Shown here: piece after piece, positions 1 to 10,587 of the stretch
Layout of the letters: every line of letters begins with the position of its first letter
Position numbering within the stretch: position 1 is the stretch's first letter
Assembly: GCA_016195715.1 (NCBI GenBank)
Contig: JACPZA010000002.1
Location: 43,246-107,245 of the forward strand
DNA from: Candidatus Daviesbacteria bacterium
Lineage (GTDB): Bacteria; Patescibacteriota; Microgenomatia; Daviesbacterales; UBA10151
Length of the DNA stretch: 64,000 bases
Direction: 5' to 3'
Program-made: the position numbers and the translations under genes
The notes under the pieces: generated by a model
Seen by the model: the letters and a program-made list of their open reading frames with translations, nothing else
What the model was told of the DNA's origin: nothing
Database searches by the model: none

Positions 1-1
1 A

Positions 2-52
2 ATTGGACTATTTGCTTCTTTTGTAGCAGTGCGTCGATATTTGAAGGTTTAA
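2..52 (+). CDS. ftsX: 3' end of cell division permease FtsX (partial)
   Basis: Frame reads IGLFASFVAVRRYLKV*, the typical FtsX C-terminus; it lies directly upstream of a coiled-coil/M23 gene. Confidence 0.7.
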   Translation: MGLFASFVAVRRYLKV

Positions 53-63
53 AGTGGCAAAAG

Positions 64-1215
64 ATGAAATTTTTAAAATTTTTTGTTGTTAGTTTTCTAC
101 TACTTTTTTTAAGTCTCTCCCCTAAAGTATCTGCTCAAAGTTTAGAAGATTTAGATAAACAACTTCAAGACAAACAAGCTCAGATTAAACAACTTGAAGA
201 TCAGTTAACTAACACCCGCTCGCAAAAGAAAACTCTGCAATCTCAGCTAAGTTATATTGATGCCCAAAATAATCTCACTCAACTAAAAATAGAACAAGCT
301 AAATTTCAAATTACTAAATTAGGTAGAGAAATCGGTGATTTAAATACTCGAATTGACAGGTTATCAAGCAGTGTTGATTCACTGTCAGCAGTTTTGCTAG
401 AGCGGATTACTAAAACTTATAAATATTCAAATATTGGCACAATAGACCTGCTTTTTTCCTCAAAAGGCTTTGCTGATTTACTTGAGCGAATTAAATATAT
501 TCAAATTTTACAAGCTCATGACAAAAAAGTTTTATATGAACTTCAAGCGACAAAAGCTAACTATCACGATCAAAAACAAGATCGGGAAAGCCGAGAAGCA
601 GAGCAAAAAAAATTGCAAGCAGATTTGGAAAAATATGAAGTCCAACTTTTGCAGCAAAAAGATGCTAAAGAACAACTGCTTCGGGCTACTCAAAATGACG
701 AGACTAAATATCAAGCCTTAATTCAACAGCTCCAAGCTGAAGTCACCTCAATTCAACAAGCTATCTCCAATGTTAGCCCGCCAATTGGCCCTGTTAATAA
801 AGGTCAAACTATTGCAGCTATGGGTTCAACTGGTTGTTCAACCGGACCCCACTTACATTTTGAAGTTTTTGAAAATGCTAAAGTCGAAAATGGTCAAATC
901 ATTGGTAATCGGGTTAATCCTCACAATTATTTAGATCCTGGCAAAATCGGACCACCACTTCAAGGTTATCCTGGAGATACACAAATTACTACAGAATATG
1001 GAGAGATCTACTTTTTAGGAACTCATACCGGGTTAGACATTGCTCCTAAAGTTTATGAAGGTGTAGGTCGACCAATTTTAGCTGCTGATAATGGAATTTT
1101 ATATTCAACCCAAGCTCTTTGTCCATATAATATTACTGGGGGTTCAAGTTTAGGCAAAGGTGTAATTGTTGATCATCAAAATGGGATTGTGACTTTATAC
1201 TGGCATGTACTTTGA
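64..1215 (+). CDS. Secreted coiled-coil + M23 peptidoglycan metallopeptidase (EnvC/CwlO-like FtsEX partner), M23 motifs in permuted order
   Basis: Signal peptide, long coiled coil, GSTGCSTGPHLHFEV followed by HTGLD and VDHQNGIVTLYWH. Confidence 0.9.
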   Translation: MKFLKFFVVSFLLLFLSLSPKVSAQSLEDLDKQLQDKQAQIKQLEDQLTNTRSQKKTLQSQLSYIDAQNNLTQLKIEQAKFQITKLGREIGDLNTRIDRLSSSVDSLSAVLLERITKTYKYSNIGTIDLLFSSKGFADLLERIKYIQILQAHDKKVLYELQATKANYHDQKQDRESREAEQKKLQADLEKYEVQLLQQKDAKEQLLRATQNDETKYQALIQQLQAEVTSIQQAISNVSPPIGPVNKGQTIAAMGSTGCSTGPHLHFEVFENAKVENGQIIGNRVNPHNYLDPGKIGPPLQGYPGDTQITTEYGEIYFLGTHTGLDIAPKVYEGVGRPILAADNGILYSTQALCPYNITGGSSLGKGVIVDHQNGIVTLYWHVL

Positions 1216-1275
1216 GTTTCTTTCTTGCTGAGATTTTGCTTAAAAACTGATTGATGTTATTATAAACTCAAAGTA

Positions 1276-2514
1276 ATGAAATCTTTAAAGTTCTTACTTC
1301 AGAACCTGTTTTTGTTTTTAACTTTTTTTCTAATCTCCTTTTTTCTTTATCCCAAAACAATTTTTGCAGATGATAATATCGTAATAAATGAATTTTTGCC
1401 TACTCCGTCTGATGGTAATGATTGGATTGAACTTTATAATAAATCAGATAATCTAATAAGTTTGTCAGGTTGGAGCTTAGAAGATACCACATCTAAGATG
1501 AAAGATGTGAACTGTGATATTCCAAGCAAGGGACAGGTTTTTGTTGATGTTTCTAATAGGTTAAACAAGGACGGAGATACTATTACTTTAAAAGATAATT
1601 CTGGGACAGTCGTTGATACTAAACAATATACGGATCCAGGAGTAAATGTTTCCTGGGTTAGGGTTCCAGATGGGGGAGACTGGACTACTTCAAACTCTCC
1701 TACAAAACCAACCACTGAATGTTTGCCATCATCACCTACCCCATCTTCTACAGCGACACCTACTCCAGAACCAACAAGTGATAATAGCAATAGTCCATTT
1801 TTTACTATCTCATCTAATACCACATCAGTAACTTCAAATAATGATTTTTCTGTAACTGTTGAATTCCTAATCCCCAGCAGTCCTAACAAAGATTTTTATG
1901 TAGAAGGAGCATTTTTCAAATCAGGTACCACAAATTACTGCGGATTTACTAAAGTATCTAATAATTGGATAAGTTACTCTGATGATTTTAATCATCAATT
2001 ACTAGCACAAACTAATGATGAAGGGAGATGGGGAGCTTATAATATCAATGTTAAATTTGATCCAAATGATAATGGCTGTAAAGATAGTGGAGATTATCGC
2101 TTTAAAGTTCGAAGATTTAATTCAACTGGCTCAGATTATATTTGGAGTAATGATATACCAATTGCTATTACTGTTGTCTCATCAGCTACATCGACCCCAA
2201 CCCCTACACCAACAACTGCTTTAGCAGCTAACATAACTCCCACCCCAATTTCAAAATCAACTTCTTCTAGTTCTCCTAACCCTTTCGCTTTTATCAATTC
2301 AACTAGTTCAGCCAATATACTTGGTACAAGCTCTGCATCACAAAAATCATCAGACCAAGTTACTGATAAAACTTTAGTAAGTGATAGTAAACAATCCTCA
2401 GGTAATAAATGGATTTATTTTGGGGTGGGGTTTTTAGTATTAAGCATTGGCGGAGGTTTTATATTAAAATTGAAACGCCAAAAAAATGAAATACCACACA
2501 AACTCAATTTCTGA
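1276..2514 (+). CDS. Lamin-tail-domain surface protein with C-terminal membrane anchor
   Basis: IVINEFLP..DWIELYN..L.GW.L.D LTD motif, PT-rich linkers, C-terminal TM with basic tail. Confidence 0.85.
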   Translation: MKSLKFLLQNLFLFLTFFLISFFLYPKTIFADDNIVINEFLPTPSDGNDWIELYNKSDNLISLSGWSLEDTTSKMKDVNCDIPSKGQVFVDVSNRLNKDGDTITLKDNSGTVVDTKQYTDPGVNVSWVRVPDGGDWTTSNSPTKPTTECLPSSPTPSSTATPTPEPTSDNSNSPFFTISSNTTSVTSNNDFSVTVEFLIPSSPNKDFYVEGAFFKSGTTNYCGFTKVSNNWISYSDDFNHQLLAQTNDEGRWGAYNINVKFDPNDNGCKDSGDYRFKVRRFNSTGSDYIWSNDIPIAITVVSSATSTPTPTPTTALAANITPTPISKSTSSSSPNPFAFINSTSSANILGTSSASQKSSDQVTDKTLVSDSKQSSGNKWIYFGVGFLVLSIGGGFILKLKRQKNEIPHKLNF

Positions 2515-2905
2515 AACTCATAAAATTGCTGCAAAAATTGCTAAGGATTTTCAAAATAAAGGTGGGGTAATCGCTTTAACTGGCAAACTCGGTGCTGGTA
2601 AAACTACTTTTGCTGCTAGCTTTGCTAAAGCACTAGGCATTAAAGAAAAAATAATTTCACCCACTTTTGTATTAGTCAGAGAACACAAAATTCCAAACTC
2701 CAAAAGAATTCTTTTTCATATAGATTTATATAGATTAGAAAATAGTATTGAACCCAATACTTTAGGAATAGAAGATATGCTTTCTAACCCAGAAAATATT
2801 GTTTTAATAGAGTGGGCAGAAAAATTAAATCAAAAAATTAACTATCAAAATAAAGTCGAAATCAAATTATCTTCAAACTCACAAAGAGAAATAAACATTA
2901 ATTAG
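2486..2905 (+). CDS. tsaE: tRNA threonylcarbamoyladenosine biosynthesis ATPase TsaE
   Basis: GKLGAGKTTF, SPTF, HIDLYRL and LIEWAE motifs. Confidence 0.95.
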   Translation: MKYHTNSISETHKIAAKIAKDFQNKGGVIALTGKLGAGKTTFAASFAKALGIKEKIISPTFVLVREHKIPNSKRILFHIDLYRLENSIEPNTLGIEDMLSNPENIVLIEWAEKLNQKINYQNKVEIKLSSNSQREININ

Positions 2906-5900
2906 CTGCTCCTTTTTTTAATTTCCAAATCAGTGAAATAAAAGTAAAAACTAGAAAGATAAATCCCAGTACCTCCAAAAGATTTGGTAAGTAAAAAATC
3001 AATTCAGTAGCCCTATTTAATTTACTATCAATTAACCAACCATTTGCAAAAGAGTTTACCAAAACATGCTGTCCAAAAATGGCTATCCAACCCTTTCCAA
3101 AGGCTTGATTAAAAACTAACAAACTTGGTTTGCTGGAAGTCTTAGATAAATTTAAAGAATAAAGCCCTGGTAATATTTGTTTTTGATTGTTAATAGCTAA
3201 CTGCTCAACTCGATAATCATTTTTATCAGTAAAGCTCATCTCTGAAATCCAATAATAAGGGAAAGGAATTATTTTAAGACTTCTTAGTCTATTAACTGAT
3301 GAATCATTACCTATTGAAATATTGTCAAAGTCAATATCAAAGCCAAAACCTCCATCTTCAGCTGGTGGTAAAACTAGTATTTGATGAGTAAACTCGTTAC
3401 TTGCTTTTAAATCCAAATATAAATCACACCTTTTAGTTGTATTATTTGAGACACAAACTCGCATTGGTAGACCAGTGATATTTTGGACTTCTAAATCTAA
3501 TAGGTAACTTAGGTTATGAGATAAAGTGGGAATACTAAAGCTGTCACAGCTTGAACCTCCTTCAGAAGTGTACTCTATAAACCTAAGACTTAAATTAACT
3601 TTTCTATCAAAAAACTTTGGCAATATATCACTACAAGTATTAGGAAAATGTCCTTCTTTAAATAGATCTAATTGTTGAATATTTGAGTCTATTTTTAACT
3701 GATCATTTTTATTAAAATTTAAAGTTTGGTTAGAAAGTAATTTATAGAGATCCTGAGGAAAGACTGAGTAGCTTCCTGAAGGAGAAGAAATTGATAGTTC
3801 AATATCTTGATAGCTTAAAAATCTAAGCTGATTATCAAAATTATCAGCATAAAAAATCAGTACTAAATTATCAACCAGAGAAGAATCAAGTGTAAAATAA
3901 CTAGTAATAATATTTTGAGATGAGAGATTTTTTTCTTCTTTAATACATCTATTAAGCGATGTGTCATAAATACAATAATGACCGGCTAAATTACTACCTG
4001 AGGGGATTAAAAATTTTAATCTGGCTAAAGTTTCAAATGCCGTTAATTTATCTTTGCTAATTAGATTTTTTAAGGGAATTTTCAAACAAACTTGAGAATT
4101 TTTAGAGCTAATTTTAAAACTATTTTCATTAGTTAATTCAATATTAAATAACTGGTCTGATGTCTCTTTTCCACAAATTCCTATATCCTTAAGATTATTT
4201 TTTAGATCGAGTAACTGGGATTCAAACTTTGAATAAAAAGTAAAATCATTTATTGATTTGGTGCTTAAAAATACTGGATTTTGAATAAAAAAGTTAGATT
4301 GGTTTTTTGTGACAATAAAGGTTTGTTGGTTATTAACGTTCACAAAAACTTGATTAGAATCAGAGAAAGGAATTGGAAACTCAATAGTTTTATTAAGCTT
4401 ATCGGAAACATTAACATAAGGTAAGTTTAGAGAAATTACCCCAGTTGTTTTATCGGTTGTTTTTGTTGAAAAAATTGCGGGGACTTGGATTTCACTATCT
4501 AAATAATCTTGAGTCGCTAAGGATACATTTTGAGGTAGGTTTTTTGGATTAAGGATTATTTGATTATCTTTTAAAGACTAAGTTTTTTATTGAGGGATTA
4601 TTTAGATTATTAATATAATCTCCACTTTGCAAATATTCATAATCTAAATCCTTAAACCCGAAATTGCCACTAATTGAAGTAAGGTTTACTGGAGAATAAA
4701 AAAAACCCTGATAGCTTTTGTCTAGGTCTGCTTGATATATTTCAATGTTCCCAAATTTTTTAACTAATCTAATTTTTGTAGATTGATCAAATAAAGATTT
4801 AATTTGGTTAGTAAACAAAATACCCCTTCCAACATTTATTCCTGGTGCAATAACATTATCATCTAAAATGATATATTTTATTTGATACTTACTCAGAACT
4901 TTTTCGACTAAATTAATATTGGTTGAATAAATTGCATAAGACATCTCTCTATAATACTCTTCGTTGCTAGGATTCCACCTATCAAAATCTCTATCGAGAA
5001 GTGGCTGCTTAAGACCAGAGGATAAAAAGCCTGAACCTTGAAAACCCCAATCATAATATGTCCACCCCCACAGAGAGTGAATTGGTAAATTGGCAATTCG
5101 ACCATCTAAGCTTTGATTGTTAAACCAGTTAAACATTTGAAAATATTCATTTGGAATTTGAACTTGTATTAATTTAGAAATTAAATCTCCCCGAAAAGCT
5201 GGCCACATATAAAAAACTAAAGAAGCTGAAGTAATAAAAACTACTAAAAAAATTAAAAATTTTAAGCGAATTTTATTGAAAATTGAAAAAATAAATTTTT
5301 GTCCATAGGCAAAATAACAACTAAAGCTAAACATTAAAATTATGGAAAACTTAGTGAAAGGAAACCTTAAGGCTTCCTTAAATAAATTACTGTGATCCCT
5401 TAAAAATAAAAAGAATTCATCAAAAGGTGGATTTTGGTTAGTTAAAAAAATAAATGAAAGCAAAGTTGGTCCTATTAAACCAACTCCAATTTGTTGTTTT
5501 TTAGTGATTGAATAAACTAACCCAAGTAAAGAAATAAAAGCCATAACATAACCTATTTCAGCTATAAATGGTTTGTTTAAATAGTTTCTCCAGTTAGCTA
5601 AAAGATATTCAAATTTATTATCTTTATAAGCTGACCATTCAAACAAAAAATTTTTAAAAATTAATGTATCTTTAATGTCACCAAAACTTTTATTATAAGC
5701 AAATGCTTCTTCTGAAAAAAGTAAGTTTGTTCTAGCATTTGGTACATTGCTCGCATTTCCAGATGCTAAAAAGTAGATATTAGGTAAAATCCAAAATGAA
5801 TTTAAAATTAAAGTTAAAAAAATAATCACTAAACAACTTCTTAAATATTTCTTTAAAAATACAATTAAATATAAGATTAAACTTAAAAAATATGCATACC

Positions 5901-6492
5901 AAAGTGTGGATGCATAAGCCATCGGTGTTGAAAATAAACTTACTAAACTAAAAAATAATAAATTTTTTCTTGATGGATTTTTTAAATAATTTGTAACTGT
6001 TAAAAAAAGCCAAGGTAAAAAAGCGTACTGAGTATTAAACATTTCAAATGGTACATAAAAATGTTGTAAGGTTCCTAAATTAAGTAGATAAAATAAAGCT
6101 GCTAAAAAAGCTGCTGCCTCTTTAATTTTTTTCTCTGAATGAGGGAGTAGAATAATCTTGCAAAAAAAATAAACTCCCAAGCTGCCAATTGGTAGACAAA
6201 TTGCAATATAAAAAAACCTAAGTAAATTATTTGGCAAAACTGATGAAAGAAAGAATATAAAAAATACCCGGGGTAAATCAGACATGTGAGCATGTGCAGC
6301 AACTGCACCAAGGCCTTGATTATCTCGAAAAACTCCAAAAATTAATCTTTGAAAATTTAAAGGAAAATTAAATTCTGGATGTAACGTATCCCAACCTGAT
6401 AAGTAACTACTAGGAACATGGTTAATAAAAATTAGTAGCAAACAAATTAAAACTAAAACAGCTGGATAAAAATAATTCATTAATATCTTCAT
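2898..6492 (-). pseudogene. Large multi-TM GT-C-like membrane glycosyltransferase with long extracellular C-terminus, about 1190 aa, split by a +1 frameshift
   Basis: ORF 4564..6492 ends ..LVFKR*; the +1 frame is open from about 4575 (KDNQIILNPKNLPQ..) straight into ORF 2898..4343; removing one A from TTTAAAAGAT fuses them. Confidence 0.8.
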
Positions 6493-6498
6493 AGAAAT

Positions 6499-8349
6499 TT
6501 AATTTATCTTAAATAAATTTACTTGTTCATTATTAGGAAGCGTATAAGTTTTTATAAGCTTTATTTGAAAATTTAACAAAGGCTTTAAATTACTAATTTC
6601 TTTAAAAGAACAGCCAAAGCTGCAAATAATTTCTTTTACTCCACCTAAAATAGCGCCATTTTTTAAGACTGTACCATCAGTAAGCTGAACATCACTATTT
6701 GTGGTAACTACTTCCCCATCCTCAATATAACAAACAGTTCCAGCGACTGCTACATGGCTAAAAAAATTACTACATTTAGGGTGAGAATAAACTTCGAAGA
6801 ATTTTCTGATTTGCTCCAAAGCTGGTTTATTTCTTAAAAATTCTGTTCCAACTTCCTGAACAGGTACTATTGCATAATCAACGGACATTAAATAGTTAAT
6901 TAAGTTTTGTTGATCTGGAAATCTATTTTGGTGATAAAGTCCTTCTAAAAAATAAATATCAGGAGTTAAGATTTTTAACTTTACTAATCCTTGAGCTTTG
7001 GTATAAGTTCTTAAATTACTTGGATTTAGATGCTCATATTCGGCACTAATTAATACTTTATTTAAAGGTGTATCATTAATTAATTGCAAATCATAAATTA
7101 TTTGATCCATTGACCAAAAATTACTTTCTGGACGTTTCATTACAGCATCTTCTATATCAATAACATTTGCATACCAACCAACAATTGGTATATATAAAGA
7201 AACTCGGTAGTTTTCTAAAAAGCTAGGTCTAAGTGTCAGAATTAAACAATAAAAGATTAAGATTAAAATTAAAATAGTTTGAAAAAGTTTATCCTTTAGC
7301 TCATGAAAAAACAATCCAATGATTAGTCCTACAAAGGGTAAAGTTGGCATGGTATATCTGGGATCTTTATTACCAATTAAAGTAAAACTGACATAAGCAA
7401 AAATAATCATTATCAAAGGAAAAGTTACAAATTTATTTTTGATTTTTAAAAGATAAACTGATGAAATAATAAAAACTAGCCCAATAAGTGGAGTAACTTG
7501 ATAATTAACAAACAATTTTAAATATAAAGTAATACTTTCCCAGCTTAAAACATCTGCTGGTTTAGCACCTTCTTCTCCTATGATATTAATTCTAGTTTGG
7601 GAGAGTAAGCTTGAAAAATTTGTTAGATACCAAGGCAAAATAATTAAAGAAAAAATAAATAATCCAGGAATTAATATTGCTAAACTTTTTTTAAACTCAT
7701 TTTTTTTTAAAATTTTAATAAATGCAGCGACTAATGGAATAATTAGGTAAACAACTCCTGTCCATTTAGTCATTAACACAAATCCAGCAAATATAAAAAA
7801 CAATATACTTGTCTTTTTCTTGATTAGAAAATCTGATTTTTCTAAAAAATATAGACAAATCATTAGCATGCCAACTAAAGGAATATCTAAATAAAGCCAT
7901 TTAGAATCAGCATAAATAATTGGGAAAAGAGAAAAAATAATTGTCGAAAAAATAGCTAAATTTTTATTCTTTGTAAATTCTTTTGTATATAAAAAAACTG
8001 AAATAATTGTAAAAATTAAACTAACAGACCCAAAAAGTTGTAATAGTCTAACTAAAAATAATCCATTATTAGTTAATAATTGAAAAGGAATTATAAAAAT
8101 TGCTGCTAAAAAGTGAACTAAAATTGGATAATAATTAGATGAGTTAATTATCCCTAAAAAATTTAAGCTTTTAATACTATCTGCAATATTTAAAGTAATC
8201 AAGCTGTGGGCTGCAGGATCCCATGGTATTGGCGCATTATTTAACTTCAACCAATATAAATTAAGTAACCAGTGAAAAATAATTATAGATAGAAGCAGCA
8301 CTAGCCAAGATAAATTGTGATGTTTCAAAAAAACAAAAATTTCTTTCAT
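6499..8349 (-). CDS. GT-C (PMT/ArnT-like) glycosyltransferase with a Cys-containing insert near the C-terminus
   Basis: PWDPAAH, YYPILVH, LDIPL, LMTKW, KDPRY motifs; more than 10 TM segments. Confidence 0.85.
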   Translation of the reverse strand: MKEIFVFLKHHNLSWLVLLLSIIIFHWLLNLYWLKLNNAPIPWDPAAHSLITLNIADSIKSLNFLGIINSSNYYPILVHFLAAIFIIPFQLLTNNGLFLVRLLQLFGSVSLIFTIISVFLYTKEFTKNKNLAIFSTIIFSLFPIIYADSKWLYLDIPLVGMLMICLYFLEKSDFLIKKKTSILFFIFAGFVLMTKWTGVVYLIIPLVAAFIKILKKNEFKKSLAILIPGLFIFSLIILPWYLTNFSSLLSQTRINIIGEEGAKPADVLSWESITLYLKLFVNYQVTPLIGLVFIISSVYLLKIKNKFVTFPLIMIIFAYVSFTLIGNKDPRYTMPTLPFVGLIIGLFFHELKDKLFQTILILILIFYCLILTLRPSFLENYRVSLYIPIVGWYANVIDIEDAVMKRPESNFWSMDQIIYDLQLINDTPLNKVLISAEYEHLNPSNLRTYTKAQGLVKLKILTPDIYFLEGLYHQNRFPDQQNLINYLMSVDYAIVPVQEVGTEFLRNKPALEQIRKFFEVYSHPKCSNFFSHVAVAGTVCYIEDGEVVTTNSDVQLTDGTVLKNGAILGGVKEIICSFGCSFKEISNLKPLLNFQIKLIKTYTLPNNEQVNLFKIN

Positions 8350-8413
8350 AAAGTTTAAACGGATAACTTAATTTTAACCTATTTAATCTATTAAAAAACT
8401 ATAAAAACTACTA

Positions 8414-8439
8414 AAAAGCCCCGATCTCTCGGGGCTTTT
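8414..8439 (-). terminator. Intrinsic terminator after 8465..9556
   Basis: AAAAGCCCCGA-GAGA-TCGGGGCTTTT perfect hairpin with U tract on the minus strand. Confidence 0.85.
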
Positions 8440-8464
8440 AAAAAACCTTATCTTAAATCAAAGT

Positions 8465-9556
8465 TTAAGGATGGTACTCTATCGTACCATCACTACACCC
8501 GCTAACCAATCCACATCCACTTTGTTTTTGTTGAGCCTTTATTTGTTCGGCTATTACTTCTGGATCTTGTCCATTTGCATGTATTATTCCTGCTCCCCAT
8601 TCAGCAAAAATCGTTCTTCCTGCAGGAACAATTGATACTGCTCCTGTTTTAGTTTTATCATCGTAATCCTGTACAAACTGTCCAGTAGCATTTGTAACTT
8701 TAGTGTCACCATCTACTACAGTTAAATCTTGGGTTACGCACATCTCTTTATTACCTAAACTTGTTCCACAAGCATTAGCAGCTACAGCTGGCTGAGCCAC
8801 AGGTTCAGTAATAGCTGTTTGTTGTGCTTGGCTAGAACCAAAATGGAAATCTGGAGTAGGTCTTTCGAAATTATGAGTTAAGACCTCATTTCTAACTGAA
8901 CCTATCCATACAATGTTTCCAGTTCGACCATCTATAAGAGAAATATCAGTATCTTTTACATTATTTCCGATAGCTGGATCAGTCATACTACGATTAATGT
9001 CAGCAACTAATTTTTGCTCTACTCCATTATCATAAGATGTGCTGTCTGCTGGATAAGGTGTTAGTCCTTCCCAGTTACCACCTACTTTTTTATCTTTATC
9101 TTCCCAAACTTTCAATTCGATACCCCCTCGTATACATGGGTCAGTATTTTCATTATTAGGAGTTCCACCATAAACTATTACTGCACTTCCTCTATCTGCT
9201 CCTTTTGAGCGACCTTCAAAACTAAATGACTGACCAGTTGGATCTTGATAACTCATAGGTCCACCTTCAACTACCGCTATTTTATCTGCTGGTGATTTCA
9301 CAAACAAACTTGTAAAACCGGCTTTAGAGATATCTGCACCTTCACATGAAGGTACACCTGGTAAAGTTGGGTTCCAAGCTGGAAAAGCTGGTCCATCAGC
9401 AAAAGCTTGTACAGCTGGAAGTGAAGCAAGTAATGCTAAGACGCTTCCTGCTCTAATAACTACTTCAGTTCTTAAAGCTTGGCCTAAAGGATGAGTAAAT
9501 CGTCTTACTGAATTTTTAGCTCCTTCATAACCATTTTTACTTTCTATATTTAGCAT
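8465..9556 (-). CDS. Secreted hypothetical protein, paralog of 9635..10567
   Basis: Extended basic N-terminus, hydrophobic stretch ending AFA; SD AAGGAGGTGA; C-terminal C..GD.KV...D.D.KTG...WG domain. Confidence 0.8.
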   Translation of the reverse strand: MLNIESKNGYEGAKNSVRRFTHPLGQALRTEVVIRAGSVLALLASLPAVQAFADGPAFPAWNPTLPGVPSCEGADISKAGFTSLFVKSPADKIAVVEGGPMSYQDPTGQSFSFEGRSKGADRGSAVIVYGGTPNNENTDPCIRGGIELKVWEDKDKKVGGNWEGLTPYPADSTSYDNGVEQKLVADINRSMTDPAIGNNVKDTDISLIDGRTGNIVWIGSVRNEVLTHNFERPTPDFHFGSSQAQQTAITEPVAQPAVAANACGTSLGNKEMCVTQDLTVVDGDTKVTNATGQFVQDYDDKTKTGAVSIVPAGRTIFAEWGAGIIHANGQDPEVIAEQIKAQQKQSGCGLVSGCSDGTIEYHP

Positions 9557-9586
9557 AAACTTTTCACCTCCTTTAAAAAAATTCTC

Positions 9587-9614
9587 TTAGGGAGGAGATC
9601 TCTCCCCTCCCTAA
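9587..9614 (-). promoter_or_regulatory. Intercistronic 12-bp hairpin with GAGA tetraloop (mRNA stabiliser or attenuator)
   Basis: TTAGGGAGGGGA-GAGA-TCTCCTCCCTAA on the minus strand. Confidence 0.7.
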
Positions 9615-9634
9615 TAACCAAACTAATCCTGAGA

Positions 9635-10567
9635 TTAGTTGTGTAATTGACCACTAAGTTCTAACATAGCTTGGTTTGGTCCTGGCCAATCTATAACATC
9701 AGCTCTCATTCCTTGAGAATGCAAGTGATCTATTCCTTGTTGAATGTTTGCGTCCATATCTGCTTTGTTAGGAAAACAGACTAAATCTAAACCCCATTTT
9801 GTGTCTGCAACTTCAACATGAGCTGGATTTGCAGGTGTTGCATGAATTCTTTGAATTAATCCAGTTTTCCCATCGTTATCTGCTCTAAATCCACCATTAA
9901 CTTTGCCGTCACCATGAAGAACATATTCACGAGTAACAGTAAATTCATTTACTTTGGCTCCGTTACCTGAATCTGTACCCAATTCATGCTCTCCACACTC
10001 TTCTTGAGGTTGAAGTGTTGGGGTAGCTGCAGGTAAAGCTGCTGGTTGTGCTGGGCTACAGTTACTCACATCTACCTTCTTAATATCGTGTCTATAAACT
10101 TCTTCATCTGGATTATTATCCCTTACTGCTCTAGCATGAGCTTCAGAAGATTGCATTTCTGTAATTTGAAGACAATCTCCAGCTTGAATTAAGCCTAGTT
10201 GAATTTGGTAAGTTATTTCGTCCCAAGGAGCTTGTCCTTCTTGAGCAATAGTATTGTAAGGATTTCCTGGTTTCTGTTCTGGAAAAAAAGGATCCTCACT
10301 TGGTGTTGGAACTTCTTGAGCTCTCACTATACCAGTATTAAAAGATGGCATTCCAGTAGCTACAAAATGCTCGATTCCAACTTTATTTCCACTTGGATTT
10401 TGTCCTAAAGAATTAGACATTTCTAAACCTGCTCCACTACCAACAAGAGTTGCTAAGAAAACTCTGGTACCAATTCCTGGATGAGTTACTGCATTAACAG
10501 CTTCTCTTCCTATATTTTGAGATTTTTCAGCAATTCTTGTACTTAAATTTCTTAATTGTTCTTTCAT
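9635..10567 (-). CDS. Secreted or membrane-anchored hypothetical protein, paralog of 8465..9556
   Basis: SD AAGGAGGTGA; N-terminal hydrophobic segment; HGDGKVNG..DNDGKTGLI..KWG domain. Confidence 0.8.
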   Translation of the reverse strand: MKEQLRNLSTRIAEKSQNIGREAVNAVTHPGIGTRVFLATLVGSGAGLEMSNSLGQNPSGNKVGIEHFVATGMPSFNTGIVRAQEVPTPSEDPFFPEQKPGNPYNTIAQEGQAPWDEITYQIQLGLIQAGDCLQITEMQSSEAHARAVRDNNPDEEVYRHDIKKVDVSNCSPAQPAALPAATPTLQPQEECGEHELGTDSGNGAKVNEFTVTREYVLHGDGKVNGGFRADNDGKTGLIQRIHATPANPAHVEVADTKWGLDLVCFPNKADMDANIQQGIDHLHSQGMRADVIDWPGPNQAMLELSGQLHN

Positions 10568-10587
10568 AAATTCACCTCCTTGGTTTT

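Noticed and set aside
4564-4580. TTTAAAA as a programmed -1 ribosomal frameshift site
   Set aside because: The shift needed is +1 and no stimulatory structure is evident
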